From the NCBI GenBank assembly GCA_951406725.2, contig OX597821.1, forward strand, positions 26,784,001 to 26,848,000: DNA of 64,000 bases. Reading direction: 5' to 3'. A model generated the notes under the pieces. The model saw nothing but the letters and a program-made list of their open reading frames with translations. It had not been told where the DNA came from and made no database searches. The DNA comes from Octopus vulgaris. Lineage: Eukaryota. Of this stretch, positions 40,625-55,022 are shown piece after piece (positions within the stretch are counted from its first letter, which is position 1; each line of letters starts with the position of its first letter). The position numbers and the translations under genes are program-made.

Positions 40625-41092
40625 TACACATGTATATATATGTATATATATACAAACAAATATATATATATGTATACATATATACACTCTCTATCACACG
40701 CACGCGTACTTATACGCGCGCACACACACACATATATATATATATATATGTGTACATATATGAAAGTATATACGTATATTTACAAGCGCACACGACGCGC
40801 AAGTATGTTATCATTAAAACTCTCAGAACTTCGACGCGGACGTGGAACAAGTGATTCAGTATTATTTTGGACGCTCAGCAAATGACTTTTGTGAATGCAC
40901 ACACGTGAGGACGTACATGAACAGCCAAAGGTGGGACAGGTAGTACATAGTGTGTCAATTACCAAGACTAGGTTTCATTTAGCACTTACAACGACATACG
41001 TACCTACCTACACATATACTTACAAATACACACGCAAAACACACACAAACATATATATGCATACATACTATACATACATATATACATAGATA

Positions 41093-41142
<50 letters not shown>

Positions 41143-41144
<2 letters not shown>

Positions 41145-41326
41145 GTTAATCCAAACATGAAAACACAAAGGGAAAACACAACGCGAGGACGTGGAACAAG
41201 TATAGTATTATTGGACGCTCAGCAAAGATGGATGGTTTAACGTTTCGAGCGGAGCTCTTCATCAGAAACATAAGAAAAGGAAAGATCCAAAGAAGGGAAG
41301 ACGGAGGGAAAAAAACCGCCAACGGT
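41143..41326 (-). mobile_element. Microsatellite-embedded repeat related to H1, with a canonical hammerhead
   Basis: Shares ..acgctcag..acgtttcgagc..gctcttc..cagaaa with H1; partial copy at ~40833-40882. Confidence 0.8.
41235..41269 (-). ncRNA. Minimal type I hammerhead ribozyme with intact core
   Basis: gttt-CTGATGA-a-gagc(tcc)gctc-GAAA-cg-TT-aaac. Confidence 0.85.
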
Positions 41327-41347
41327 ATGTATATGTATATATATATA

Positions 41348-41864
41348 TTTTTATTTATTTATTTTATCTAGTTTCAGCTCACGAGCTGTGGCCATGCTGG
41401 GGCATCGCCATTCGCTGTTGCTACATGATTTTACTTCACGAATGCTTTTTAGCAATTGCCATTTGGTGCATGAGAGAGTTCGATGCAGCTGCCCTAATCT
41501 GCACCTCCTGCCGTGAAGTTGGTTCATCTGGCTCACCTGACAGGAAGAGATCCAGTTTTATTTTAAAGACATCTGTATCCACCCCATGCAGGTCTCTCAG
41601 GTCCTTCGGGACGATATTGAAAAGCTGTGGACCTCTGAAGCCCAGGCTATCACAGTATCTTGTCCTACATCTTGATGGCAAATTTGGAGTCCTTGGCACT
41701 ATGCAGTGGCGCCCAATCCTAGTATTTGTGTAACTCTCGATGACAAAGTTTGGGACAAGTCCTTCCAGGATCTTCCAGATGTATATTAGGGCATATCTTT
41801 CTCGCCTACGCTCTAAGGAATAGAGTCTTAATCTCTTGAGTCTTTCCCAATAGCTTATATGCTG
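41348..41864 (-). mobile_element. CR1-type LINE 3' end
   Basis: YWERLKRLRLYSLERRRERYALIYIWKILEGLVPN..GPQLFNIVP..FKIKLDLFL; 3' hairpin cagctcgtgagctg and A-rich tail. Confidence 0.9.
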
Positions 41865-42089
41865 GGTCTGTGTCGATACCTATATGTATGTTCGGTGGTG
41901 AGGATTGGGTATGTCACACAATTATACTTGCTGTATCTATTCCTCCTGACTTACCTAATCTTTTGGTGAAAAGTGACCGCCAAAAAAATAAAAATAATAT
42001 CGAAAAGAAATGGGCTCGATAAGATGTAAGAAAATCCATCTTGGAGTGTACTTCAACATGGTAGAGACAGGAAAATTTTAACAAATAAT

Positions 42090-42199
<110 letters not shown>

Positions 42200-42219
42200 A
42201 ATGCAAAATCGGACACACA

Positions 42220-42624
42220 TACACATACACAGGGTATGTGTGTTGTTACTTCGTGGGTTGGCTGTGGTTTTTAGCCGTGAGAGAATATGTTCCCTATTCG
42301 CCTGGTGCAAAAGGCGTCTGATACAAAAAACCACTGTCAAGAGAGACAACTCACATGAGGTCCATCCTCGGAGCTACAGACATCGAGGTTTCCGCATTGT
42401 TTTGACTTATCAGAGCCGTATAACGAACAAGGCCCGGTGCAACCATATCGTCGACTGACTATATGCAAAATGGTTTAGATATTATCTGCTGGCATATCCC
42501 GAAATTTCATGACACAGAATAATTTCAAATAGGAATTAGAAGAAAATCGATGTCTATAAACCAAGATAAACACACATACACAGGGTATGTGTGCTGATAG
42601 CCCGTGGGTCGGTTGCGGCTTTTA
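42220..42624. repeat. Element bounded by ~54-bp direct repeats ~350 bp apart
   Basis: acacatacacagggtatgtgtg..cgtgggt..ttttag at ~42220 and ~42571. Confidence 0.75.
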
Positions 42625-42658
42625 GGCGCCTGAAAATAAGTCAGTCATATGTAGATAT

Positions 42659-42740
<82 letters not shown>

Positions 42741-44824
42741 GTAAACGCAGAGTAGATGAAACAGACGCGGCTGATGAAGGGTAATGTTCCTTGTGTTGTA
42801 TGTCTTGTACTCTATTTTTTCGTTGATTAAGAAAAATGTCCATTTCCTTGGTTTTGTTTTTATGCTTTGTTTCTCTTACCACATATCAGGCACGTGCCGT
42901 CAGTAATTACTCAGGGTAAGCAGTTAGTGACCTTTATGTAGTAATACACAAAAAGTAAGCGAAACACAGGCGTGTGACTGAGTTGAAGACATATTTACTT
43001 CTGCCTTTATAGAACGTAAAGAAAACGGTGTTGTAGGAGTGTACGCAGCACGTGTACTACAACAATACTATGTGTACCTTAAATACTGAGATTGAAAAGT
43101 AGGGGTAATTAAGCATAACTCATATAGAAAAAAAATTGCATTTTATGGTTAGTTATCAGAGTAACGTTCATAATTTTATTGAATTAAGTGCATATTTTGC
43201 CATAAAATGAAAATGTTGCTATCGATCTATTCTATTCAAGTCAGCGACTACCTACCTTGCCTACCTAGGGGGCATCTTAGTGGAGCAGATACTGTACTTT
43301 ATTCTCTACATCTGTGTATTGAAGCTAATCCACATGCAAGTTTATTTTCTACGTAGAAACATGGATCTAGTGTTTCGTATTAAGATTTGTCAAAGCTTTA
43401 ACAACTTAGCCGTATCGTAGCAAAATACTTCTTTTTTCTTTTTGTAAATTGATTGTTTTTATTTCGTTACATAGAAAAAATTGTTTATACTTCGATGTAA
43501 TGCTAAGACAGATAAATCTCAAATTAAAAGATATGGCAAATGTAAAGCAAATAACACAGTTTTCCAATACCTTCTCTCCAAAGACTGGTCATGTAGTCCT
43601 GCGTGGGTAAATATTATACACCTTTTTAAGAATTAAAGTTCTAGAGAAAATCATGCGCTTTGATATTCTATAAACTTCTAATAATCTTATTGTTTTAAAA
43701 CTAACTGTGGCATTCCCCTGGCTATTGTTATTTTACTCAATGTTGCAAAGTTGACTTCTCGACATTTGATAATTAGAGTAGCAAAACAGTATGGGTTATG
43801 ATCTAGATGGCAATGCATATAAATCCACAAGGCATTCTGCTATTGAAACGCATTATTAAAACTAGAGAGAAAATGATATTACAATCTAATATTTTGCCTT
43901 CAATTACTGCCTGTGGTCGCTTATCAAAGTTGCATTAATCACTCAGATAAACAATTATTGCTCGCAAAATAATTTGAATTGCTTTAATAAATTCATTTGG
44001 CAATTTCATTCTCCCCCCGCTCTCTCTCTCTCTTACACACACACACTAAATGAATAAGCATCTCTCTGTGTCTACTCTTCAAGGCAGAAACATCTGCATT
44101 TTCATATCTTACTACTTTTATGTCAATAACAGTATCTATACTGTCTTATTCTTCCATTTCTCTGTCAATAGTTGGATATTCTTCTTCAACGACATTCTAC
44201 ACTATGACTTTCCATCTTCTACCCTCTTTCTTTCTCTTTCCTTTTACTTCTCGCTATTTCACTCTGTTCGATTTTTTTATCACATACATCCATGTCTACA
44301 ACAGACATTTGATTTTATAACATAGGATATAACAAAATGCATTTAGTTATCGTTACATATAAATACATATCAATGTAAAAGAATGTTTCTGTTTTTGATG
44401 AAGCCCCACTTACTTAGTAGGTTCTTTCGATTGAACTCATTCAATCTATCACCATCAAGATATTTCTTTAGACGTAACGCACAGTAAACTGTATTAATTA
44501 ATATATTAGTATTTCAATGCTTGTATTGAAGAAGACTTGTCCCTTATACAGGAAGTCGAACAGCCATGTAGAGCTACCTTTAATGGCTCAAAATAAGTAC
44601 GTTAATAGGAATCACTGATTTTTCATATGCAAGTACCGTTACTCAAGGTTCATGTTTGAACATATGAGCTGGATCTCTGTCCATAATTGTGGAATGGTTT
44701 AGAGGTATTACCCTGCTTTGCCATCAATTTACTTCTTTTATTCCTAATGTTGTGAGGAAAACACGATTAGCGAATAATACCTATGCAGCGATAAGAAAAA
44801 ATAGTTAAATGAACAATAATAATA

Positions 44825-44990
44825 ATCCTTTCTATTATAGCACCTGAGATGTTTGGGGAGGACACTAGTCGAATATGTCGATCCCAGTGTTCAGCTAGTA
44901 ATTATTTTCTTGATTTCGAAAGGATGAAAGGCAAAGCCAACCTCGGCGGAATTTCAACTCAGAGCGTAAAGACGGACCTAATGCTGCGAA
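44825..44990 (-). mobile_element. SINE family S1 fragment
   Basis: cgaaaggatgaaaggcaaagccaacctcggcggaatttcaactcagagcgtaaagacgg. Confidence 0.8.
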
Positions 44991-45719
44991 GTACGTGCGA
45001 TATCTTTGCTCACATTTCGCTCACTTTTCAGCTCTGCAATAAGACATAGTCTTCTCTGTACTTCCCACTCTTGTGCCTTCGGAAAATTATTCTACAAACG
45101 TAAATATGGTTCACAAGTTGGCGTGTAAATCATCATGACAACTAAGGCAAAGTTACCAGTGAAACAATTCACATATAAAAATACGTCTATGCTTAGAGTA
45201 GGGAAAATCTAATTAATTAATATTAATTATTCACTGAAGGTAAGAAAACATTAGAAACATTAACTCAATGACTAATATTAATTTAATCTGATTTTGGCAA
45301 GTAGAGGCAATAGTTGATGAGAGTTTTCAATGGTATTTGCCAAGATCAGAGTAAATTAATGTTAGTGAGATAATATTTACTTCTCTTCACGGCGTCAGCA
45401 GTATAAGTAATTAGCTTTTTCCTCACATCATTAAGTATGATGCTACTAACTTCACCAAAATTTCTGGAGTTGTGTATTTGGATTACTCATCGTAATCTAT
45501 TTGGTTGTTGTGAAACTAACAGTTACTTCATCTTTTAAGTGTATCCAAGAAATTATAAGTTCATGGTATATTACTATAAATTCAACTGGACGTAATCTTG
45601 TAATGTAAACACACACACACTCGCACGCACACACACACATACACACATACATGCATACACATACGAAAGTGTATGTGCATGTCATTGTGTGTATGTATGT
45701 ATATATGTATATATACATA

Positions 45720-46062
45720 CGGGACGACACTGCATGGTGCCAAAGATCCCAGCAATGCCATCACGCTTCAGGACCAGTTACTGCAACAGCCTGGGTTTCA
45801 AGGGCCCACAGCTTTTCAATACTCTCCCAAAGAGTCTGAGGAACTTGCACAAAGTAGATGTAGGGGTTTTTAAATCAAAGCTGTACCTTTTCCTGTCGAG
45901 AGTCCCAGATGAGCCTACCTCACGGCAAGAGGTGCAAATGAGGGTAGCTATATCAAACTCCATTCTTCATCAAGTGCCACATATCAGAGGAAGCTTCTAG
46001 TAATAACAATGTAGCGCAAAACGGCGGTGCATCAGCATGGCCACAGCTCTTAGCTGAATCTT
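45720..46062 (+). mobile_element. CR1-type LINE 3' end (second copy)
   Basis: GRHCMVPKIPAMPSRFRTSYCNSLGFKGPQLFNTLPKSLRNLH..PDEPTSRQE; tail ggcggtgcatcagcatggccacagctcttagctgaa. Confidence 0.9.
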
Positions 46063-47181
46063 AATAATATATATAAAATTATAAATTAGGGTATCTACGA
46101 GACACCACCATGTTGAAAATAGCAGCCATGATCTGACTCTAAAACCACCTTAATTGTCCATATATCAACACGGAGAGAAAATAAAGTGACATGATGAAAC
46201 TAGTAAAAAATTACTGGATAATTCTAGATCCCGGATTTCTGGGTTTTGCATTTAGGAATGCTTTGCCTCGTCAGTAGAATACACACAGGAGGGAAACATA
46301 AATACATATATATATAAATACAACATACGAATACTTACACATACGAGCGTATACCCACATATATATGCACGTAGATATCCTAATTTATAATTTTAATAAT
46401 TTACCATTGAAGGTTATTTTTTCCATGCTGACCACTTGATAAAATCGTTATTTAAATTAACGATCTTATCCCTATTTATATAAACTTATATATATATATA
46501 TATATTTATGTAGATAAACCTACGAGATGCGAGAGATATTTTAGTATGTATTTGGTAGTAAAACAACTCTAATGTACCAAAAATCAGATGCATTTTAATA
46601 AGAAGTGGTGCCCTCGTTCTCGGTAATCTTATAGGCTTATTGTATGAATCCACCTTCAGCTTTGATGACTGCTTCAATGCGGGATCGGAATCGTCGACAC
46701 GTTCTACACTAAATGGTCGTTATTTATTTTGGACACTACTTAAACAAAGATAATCTCCCGTGAAGCGATAAAAGGCAAAGTCTTTTTTCTCTCACTCTTC
46801 TATCTTTTCTCTCCCCCCCAAAAGATAATGTTTTCCCCAGCGTTCACTATTTCCCCTCATTAAGGTCTAACGACCCTCCATGTTTGTTTTCAATCAGTTT
46901 CCTTGTATGTCTCCACTGTCATATTTTTGTTCCTAACTTAGACCCTTCATAAATCCTAAATTTTATTTTAGAATTTATTTTATTTTAAGATTCATATTGT
47001 CACTGAATGCTCGAAATGAAGAGTAGATAGACAGCCAACAACTAATGTAGGGCTCTTTCTCTGTTTACTTGTCCTGTTTTCCCTTTTTTATCGTTGTTTA
47101 CGTATTTCATGTTAATTGTATCGTCGGTGACGTCCTGAAACCTTAAATGTACGTACGTACATATATACACACACACACAAA

Positions 47182-47555
<374 letters not shown>

Positions 47556-47679
47556 AATATAATTTATTATTTTAATTGAACGCGACGCACGTATTTGCAA
47601 GTAAGTTTAAATATACACATAGGCATGTATATGTCTTTGTGCGTGCGTGTATATGTGAGCGCGCACATATTGCGAGCTC

Positions 47680-47830
47680 CCCCAGTTTCCCTCAACCAAA
47701 TTTACTCACAAGGAATAGATTGGTCGACCGCGGTGCTGTAGTAGAAGACATTTGGTCTAATCCCACATTGTAGGACTGGACACGAAATGATTGCGAAATG
47801 TATGGTTGCGAAGCGATCTTCTTCACAGTT
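47680..47830 (-). mobile_element. SINE family S2, degenerate
   Basis: cagtttccctcaaccaaatttactcacaagg..ggtcgaccgcggtgctgtagtagaagaca. Confidence 0.65.
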
Positions 47831-49233
47831 CAGTGGATATTCTCCACGCCCATGTTGATAGTTTATATAGTAGAATTTTCACTTTTTGCTATGCATTTTT
47901 GTGTTACGGCTCAATTAAAAGAGGAAAAACAAAGGTTTTTTTTTATTCAGAAATATCGAATTACTTAAGAATAGGAAGTATAAAAACTGCAGTTGCGAAA
48001 TAACATCCGATGAATGTGTTAAGATTCATTCCAACCACGAACATTCACTGTATACTGAACTATTTGATTTAGTGTTATTTAAAAATCTTTGAGCGTTCTC
48101 ATATTTTATTCAAGGTCTTGCAAAAAAGTTGAAAAAAAAAAGGGTAGAGGTTATTGAAACGCTGAAACCTGAGTTCTAGCTCAAACCCGACAAAGAATAA
48201 AATTTTGTACCCAGAAAATACAGGTCATCCAGTGCAATACAGTAGAAAGCATATGTCTATGTTATAACTTCGTTGGAAACCACAAAGAACTATGCAATTA
48301 TCATTGGGAAATGAACTTCTTAACCATACGACTTTAATGGCTTATACTGTAGTCAGAATTTCATTAACATTTAAACATAGTTCTCAGATTTTGTCACGCT
48401 AGAATCTATAAAATGAAAAGAGTAGCCATTGAAGGTATTAACACATTCACAATCAATGCTGGCTGACGTATCGCCGGGTCTGTGGCTTTAGAGGAAATGT
48501 ACAAGTTTTCTCGCTAAACCGATCTTAGAAACTTAAGGGTCAACAGATATTTAAAGGCGAACTAACTTAGAAGAGATTTTTTTACACCGCATGGAAGTTT
48601 CTCATCACTCATATTTCTCTCCTATACACAGGCCTTAACTAGTTGTGGCGATCAACGAATGTTCTTTAAATGATCTGTACTACAATATTTATCCCATGAC
48701 TGTCCAAAGCATCTTCATAAGTTTCTTGTAAAGGCCCAGGTTTCTTTTCAGACTTTTAGTTAGCCTTTATTTCACACGTTCTGAGAAATATAAAACCTTC
48801 CTTTTATAAGTCCCAAGTCACTCTAGTAGTTGAAATAAATCGGAATATGTATCATACATGACGCATGAACTCCAGGAAAATTTGTTATGTGTATCACATG
48901 TGAAACAAATAGCACTAAAAGGTTTAATTAACGATATTTCACATTGCTAATTGATTTGGTGTGTATCACTAAACAATTAGTTGGGCTACTGAAATATTTT
49001 GAAATACAGGAAAATTATAGTGCACTTCTTTTCAAAACGCACTGTATACCTGACATTGCAAACATAGGACCACAAACCGCAGAAAACTACAGTCATTGCG
49101 TTAATTTCATATAGGTTGATGTATAGTACACTGACTATCATATGTTCAGATATCTATTCACGAATCCGTATTCATATTCTTAATACTGTTACGTACAGTT
49201 CTCTCTTTGACCACAATCAAATTAAAAAAACAT

Positions 49234-49294
<61 letters not shown>

Positions 49295-49396
49295 TCAGGG
49301 TGAGTACTTGATAATTGTAAGCACCTGTATATACCGTTTGGTGGTGTAGGTGGTGGAGTAAATTAATCAAAATAAAAACATGATGCCAAGGATTCA

Positions 49397-49474
49397 GCGG
49401 TACATATGTTTCGGGCCTTTATTAGACAGATTTATACCAATGCATAATGTGTGTCTATGGCCTTCTTCAGCCGC
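49397..49474 (-). ncRNA. Type I hammerhead ribozyme with extended stem II
   Basis: gcgg-CTGAAGA-aggcc.tagaca..tgtcta..ggccc-GAAA-catatg-TA-ccgc. Confidence 0.75.
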
Positions 49475-49861
49475 GCACAATTACTACTTCAAGGACATGT
49501 ATTACATCAAAAATTCTACGTTGGGGATGCAAATCCTCTCAGTCGCGTACGACATAATGCGGTAACAGCATAAAAATGAAGCGTCCAGCCCGTCTTTCTC
49601 TCAATGTAGAATGAGGAAGTTTGGATATTGAGGTAATATAAATAAATGAATAAATAAATATATAAATACACACAGACGTGAAGGAACCTGGTAATAAGAG
49701 TAAATAGGGATAAAGATAGAGGGGCGAGAATTAAGGACGAAAGATAAAAAATATAAAAATATAAAAATATAAAAGATAAAAAAAATATAAATATAGAAAT
49801 ATAAAATATAAAAATATAAAGAAATATAAAAGAAAGTATAAATGAATATAAAGATATAAAT

Positions 49862-49935
<74 letters not shown>

Positions 49936-50147
49936 CATACATATATATAAAACATAAATAAAAGGCATTCAACTTCTGTCTCAACTCATTCAGTAATTTG
50001 GCATTATTAGTCTTGAAAGCTGTTGCTATTATGTGACTGTCTACATTTATAAGGCCGGTCAATTTTTGTATTTCTTCTCATTGTTAGCTAGGAAAAGAAA
50101 AGAAAAAAAGATACATACACACAGACGCACACGCAGACACATATATG

Positions 50148-50198
<51 letters not shown>

Positions 50199-50560
50199 TT
50201 GTGCACACGCACACAAATATTTTTAAAGATATATATTAGGAAAAACAAAATAGCAAAATTAAATATATTTAATGGAAGTAAACATCTCTGCCTTTAGTTG
50301 GAAACTCAAATCTTTCTGATATATTTGTTGCGGGAATATAATACGATTTCCTACTTTTGCTCTTCATTGTTTTTTGTGTTTTACAGATGTTTTTCTACTT
50401 TATTAATTCATTTATTTTAGTTGTTTATACACATATACAGGTATGTATTTATATACACATATGTATGTGTGTGTAAACACACGCACACACACACACACAT
50501 ATACACGGATATATATGCATAGGGATAGTGATGCAGATAAACATAATTAAGCTTGACTTA

Positions 50561-50608
<48 letters not shown>

Positions 50609-50946
50609 ATTATATATATATATATTATATATATATGTATATACATATATACATATATATATATATATGTGAGTATATATATATATATATACTCACACAA
50701 TTATATTTACATACAACGTAAAAAACAGAATACAAAGATAACACGTAATTTCTTACGTATAAACACACACACACATACACAATACATACATACACACACA
50801 TATATATACACATACAAACACATAATACATGAGTATCAATATATCTTTCTTCCACACATTCACTCCCACCCCCACATACACTATCTCGCTATATGTATCT
50901 ATGTTTGTATACATACATACATATACATACACACATACATACATGC

Positions 50947-51034
<88 letters not shown>

Positions 51035-51137
51035 CTATATAGAGAGATATTGAGTTCCAAATGATAACCACAATGAAAAGAGTAACAAATACAGCAAAAT
51101 ATTAATAATAGTAATAACAATAATAATGATAATAAAA

Positions 51138-51172
<35 letters not shown>

Positions 51173-51497
51173 AACATTTAAAGACCAACAACAATAATGA
51201 AAACAATATTAATTTTAGATATTGCTTTAAATTATTCCTTCATTTTACTTTACTTTAAATTCATTCAAAACTTAATTGCATCACTTAATTTTGATGCTGA
51301 AACTTTGCAGACAAATTTAAGCCAGTTTTCAGTACGCTTTTAGCTTGCAGATCAGAACTATAATAGAATTTTTATTCTAACGTCATTCTGATCTACATCC
51401 AAATAATATACAAGTAATCTATAGACGGCAATTCTGAAATTGATTTACATATATAGGTAGAAAGATACATGCATACATACATACATACATACATACA

Positions 51498-51533
<36 letters not shown>

Positions 51534-51597
51534 CATACATTCATACATTCATACATACATACAATACATACATACATTCATACATACATACATACAA

Positions 51598-51629
<32 letters not shown>

Positions 51630-51721
51630 GACATAATATATAGACACACACACAAATATATATATAGATATAGATGAATATATGTTTATATGTAAATATA
51701 TATGTATATGTATATATATAC

Positions 51722-51774
<53 letters not shown>

Positions 51775-52374
51775 TGTGTGTGTGTGCATGTGTGTGTGTA
51801 TATATGTGTGTGTGTCTGTGTATGTATGTACGTATGAATATATGAATGTAATGAATGTAAGTATATAGGTGTGTGTAAATGTATCTGTTTTCATCTAGAG
51901 ATGTACATTATATGTAAGTATTTGAAAGAGCGTAGATATGAAGATCAAAATGAAAGGTTGTGATTCAGGCTGATCCGCTTTAACATATAAAGCTTCATAT
52001 ATACTCTAGTATACACGAGCCGATAATGACGTCTGGGACAACATAAAATCTTCGTTATGTTTCCCTCGCCTGTTAGAAATAGTAACCAAATCTTCGTCTT
52101 TCCTACCTGTATAAGAAGAAAGATTACTAGCGCTAAAATAAAAACTACAAACTATGACAACAACAATTATGAACAGAGAAAAATATCAGAAATTATTTGT
52201 TTTTGTGGCCAACAGAATATTTGTTCTGTTCTTCGTATATTCAAAGCGTACCGTAAGTCACCTTGTGATTTAAAAATATTCTAATTTCCACATTTTTTAT
52301 TATTCAAAAATTGTTCTATACAGAATAAAAATTTAGACGTAGAAAATACATTCTCATTTAATTATATAAAATTA

Positions 52375-53445
52375 TCTGACGTCAATCTCCTCGATATTCA
52401 ACTTCACTCAGATGCGTTCTTTCGATAGCATTCTCCTTAATAATGGCTTAATATCTCTGGCTTCACCCCTTGTAATTTTGTACAAATGTTATCTTTCAGT
52501 TGTTGATTTGCTTGGAGACTTATTGATGTATACACTTGCTTAAGGTATCCCCCACTCCAACAAAAAAATAATCGGAAGCTGTCAGATCAGGAGAACGTGT
52601 TGATCAACAGATTTCGGAATTTCTCAAAATTAGTCGTTGCTTAAGAAGTTTGCCTTAGAAACTTTATAACTGTCCCAGGTCATGTGAACAGCGGTTCCAT
52701 CATTTTGATACTACACCTCAGGCTTGTTCTATACTGCAGAGCCCAAAAGTTTTGATCATGATTCGATTCCGCTCACCAGTTACTGTGATTGCGTTGCATT
52801 TTTTCTTTTTCAAAGACTAAAATCCAGTGATCCTATCTCACATTGCGCCGCAGCAGAATGTGTATTTGAGTGGATGCTACAAGCAATGGTGTATGCAATT
52901 ATGATCCTCTCATCTCCAGATCCGACTCTTCTGCTTATTAACAACACTGTCGAAATGGAAATGAGCTTCGTCATTCATAATTACTTTATGAACAAATTCG
53001 TTTTCTTCAGCAGCCAGCCTCTGAGTCTGGACCGAATAATCTAAGAGTTTTTGATGACCTGTCGGCTTAACATCTGTACCAATTGCACTTTGCATCGATA
53101 CGGCTGCTATTTGTATATTCATATGCGTTTCAAGGACTTCCGAGACAACCTCAACTGGTTAGAACATCTGCAAATCGATGATTTCGGGTTATGTTCAACA
53201 CTGTCTCGCACACGTTCACGTTTCATATGCGAACAAACTATATGTAGTCTTCCACTTCGTGATAAATCACTTACTGAACCAAACTGCCTAAAAGTTTGAA
53301 TCAACCGACGAATCATGAAATCTGGTGGTGGTTTTCAGGTACTGAATAGTCGGCGGTATAATCCTTGCGTGTGAATGATCGATTGGTTAAATCTAAAATA
53401 CAATTTCATGATTTTGGTTCTTTGTTCAGTTGTGAATTTTTCCAT
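52375..53445 (-). mobile_element. Tc1/mariner-superfamily transposase pseudogene, near full length
   Basis: MEKFTTEQRTKI.., IRRLIQTFRQFGSVSDLSRSGR, DEAHFHFDSVVNKQKSRIW, QNDG, RSPDLTASDYF..WGYLK; multiple frameshifts. Confidence 0.9.
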
Positions 53446-53789
53446 GGATAATATCCTCATCTTAATCTAATTGAAAAAAAAATTTAAAACCCCTAGATGA
53501 CTTTTGGGATACACAAACACACACAATTACGTACGTACGAATTTATGTATGTATGTATGTATGTATGTATGTATGTATGTATGTATGTATGTATGTATGT
53601 ATGTATGTATGTATGTATGTATGTATGTATGTATGTATGTATGTATGTATGTATGTATGTATGTATGTATGTATGTATGCATGCATGTATGTATGTATGT
53701 GTGCATGCATGTATGCATGTATGTATATCATTATTCAGTTTATTTCACTATTTCTTGTCAAGGACCAGTTTCTAACCTAGATGCAAGGC

Positions 53790-53940
53790 TTGGGGGCGAG
53801 ACATAGTCGATTAATGGTACTTAATTTATCGACCCCAAAAGGATGAAAGACAAAGTCGATCTCGACGGAATTTGAACTCAGACTATAGTTCAAATTCCGC
53901 CGTAGTGGACTTTACCTTCCACCCTTTTGTAGTCGATAAG
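53790..53940. mobile_element. Two divergent S1 SINE fragments
   Basis: ..gacggaatttgaactc (minus) abuts agttcaaattccgccg (plus). Confidence 0.7.
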
Positions 53941-54160
53941 AATGCATATATTTCGGGCCTCTATACAGTTGCATTTCACCAAATTCAAGAAATTGCAAAG
54001 TAGTCATCAACCACACACCATTTTAGAAGGTACGAATCAAATTATGCTACGGACTGAGATTGAACCCAACATCAACCTCGCTGCAAAGTGGTATTGTTAA
54101 AGCACAAAATCAGGCTTTTATATATGTACTTGCATATCTAAGCCTGGGTATATATCTTTA

Positions 54161-54806
54161 CGCAGGTGTGACTGTGTGTTAAGAATTTTGCTTCCCGATC
54201 ACATGGTTTCGAGTTGATTTCCTCTGTGAGATACCTTAGGCAAGTGTTTTCTACTATAGCCTCACGCCGACCAAAACCTTGCAAGTGGATTTGGTAGACG
54301 GAAACTGAAAGAAGCCATTCGTGTATATATATATATATATATATCGCGGTTTCGATTCCCACACCATGCGCTGTGAGTGTTTATTGAGCGAAAACACCTA
54401 AAACTCCACGAGGCTACGACAGGGGATGGTGGCGATCCCTGGTGTACTCTTTCGCTACAACTTTCTCTCACTTTTTCTTCTGTTGGCCTGCTCGCTTAGC
54501 CACCGGGGTGGCGTCATTTGAAGGCTAAAACAATGCGAAGCGCATTGTTACCAGCGATGTGTAGCAACATCTGATAGCCTGGTCGATCACGGTGATCACG
54601 GTGATATATATATATATATGTCTGTATGTGTGTGTTTGTGTTTGTCATCCACCACCGCTTCAAGTGGTGTTTGTGCGATTACGTACCTATAACGTAGCGG
54701 TTAGTCCTAAAACCCGATAGAATAAGTACCAGACTTACAAAAATTAAGAACTGGGGTGAATATATTTGACTAAACAGATATTCTGCAACAAGGAGGTGCT
54801 CCATCA
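54161..54806 (+). mobile_element. SINE family S2 interrupted by an S4 insertion
   Basis: 5' half 54161-54323 and 3' half ~54620-54806 are collinear with 62097-62516. Confidence 0.85.
54345..54605 (+). mobile_element. SINE family S4, 5'-truncated (copy 1)
   Basis: B-box remnant ggtttcgattccc; ends gatcacggtgatcacggtgat(at)n. Confidence 0.8.
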
Positions 54807-54808
54807 TT

Positions 54809-55022
54809 AACACCTAAAGCTCCACGAGGCTACGGCAGGGGTGGTGGTGGCGATCCTGCTGTACTCTTTCGCTACAACTTTCTCTCACTCTTTCTTCTGT
54901 TGACTTGTTCGCTTAGCCAACGGAGTAGCGTCGTTCGAAGGCTAAAACAATGCGAAGCGCATTGTGACCAGCGATATGTAGCATCATCTGATAGCCTGGT
55001 CGGTCACGGTGATCACGGTGAT
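54809..55022 (+). mobile_element. SINE family S4 (copy 2)
   Basis: Similar but not identical to 54393-54605. Confidence 0.8.

Noticed and set aside
42740-42800. ctgatgaaggg with nearby gaaac
   Set aside because: No stems II/III could be formed in a valid hammerhead topology.
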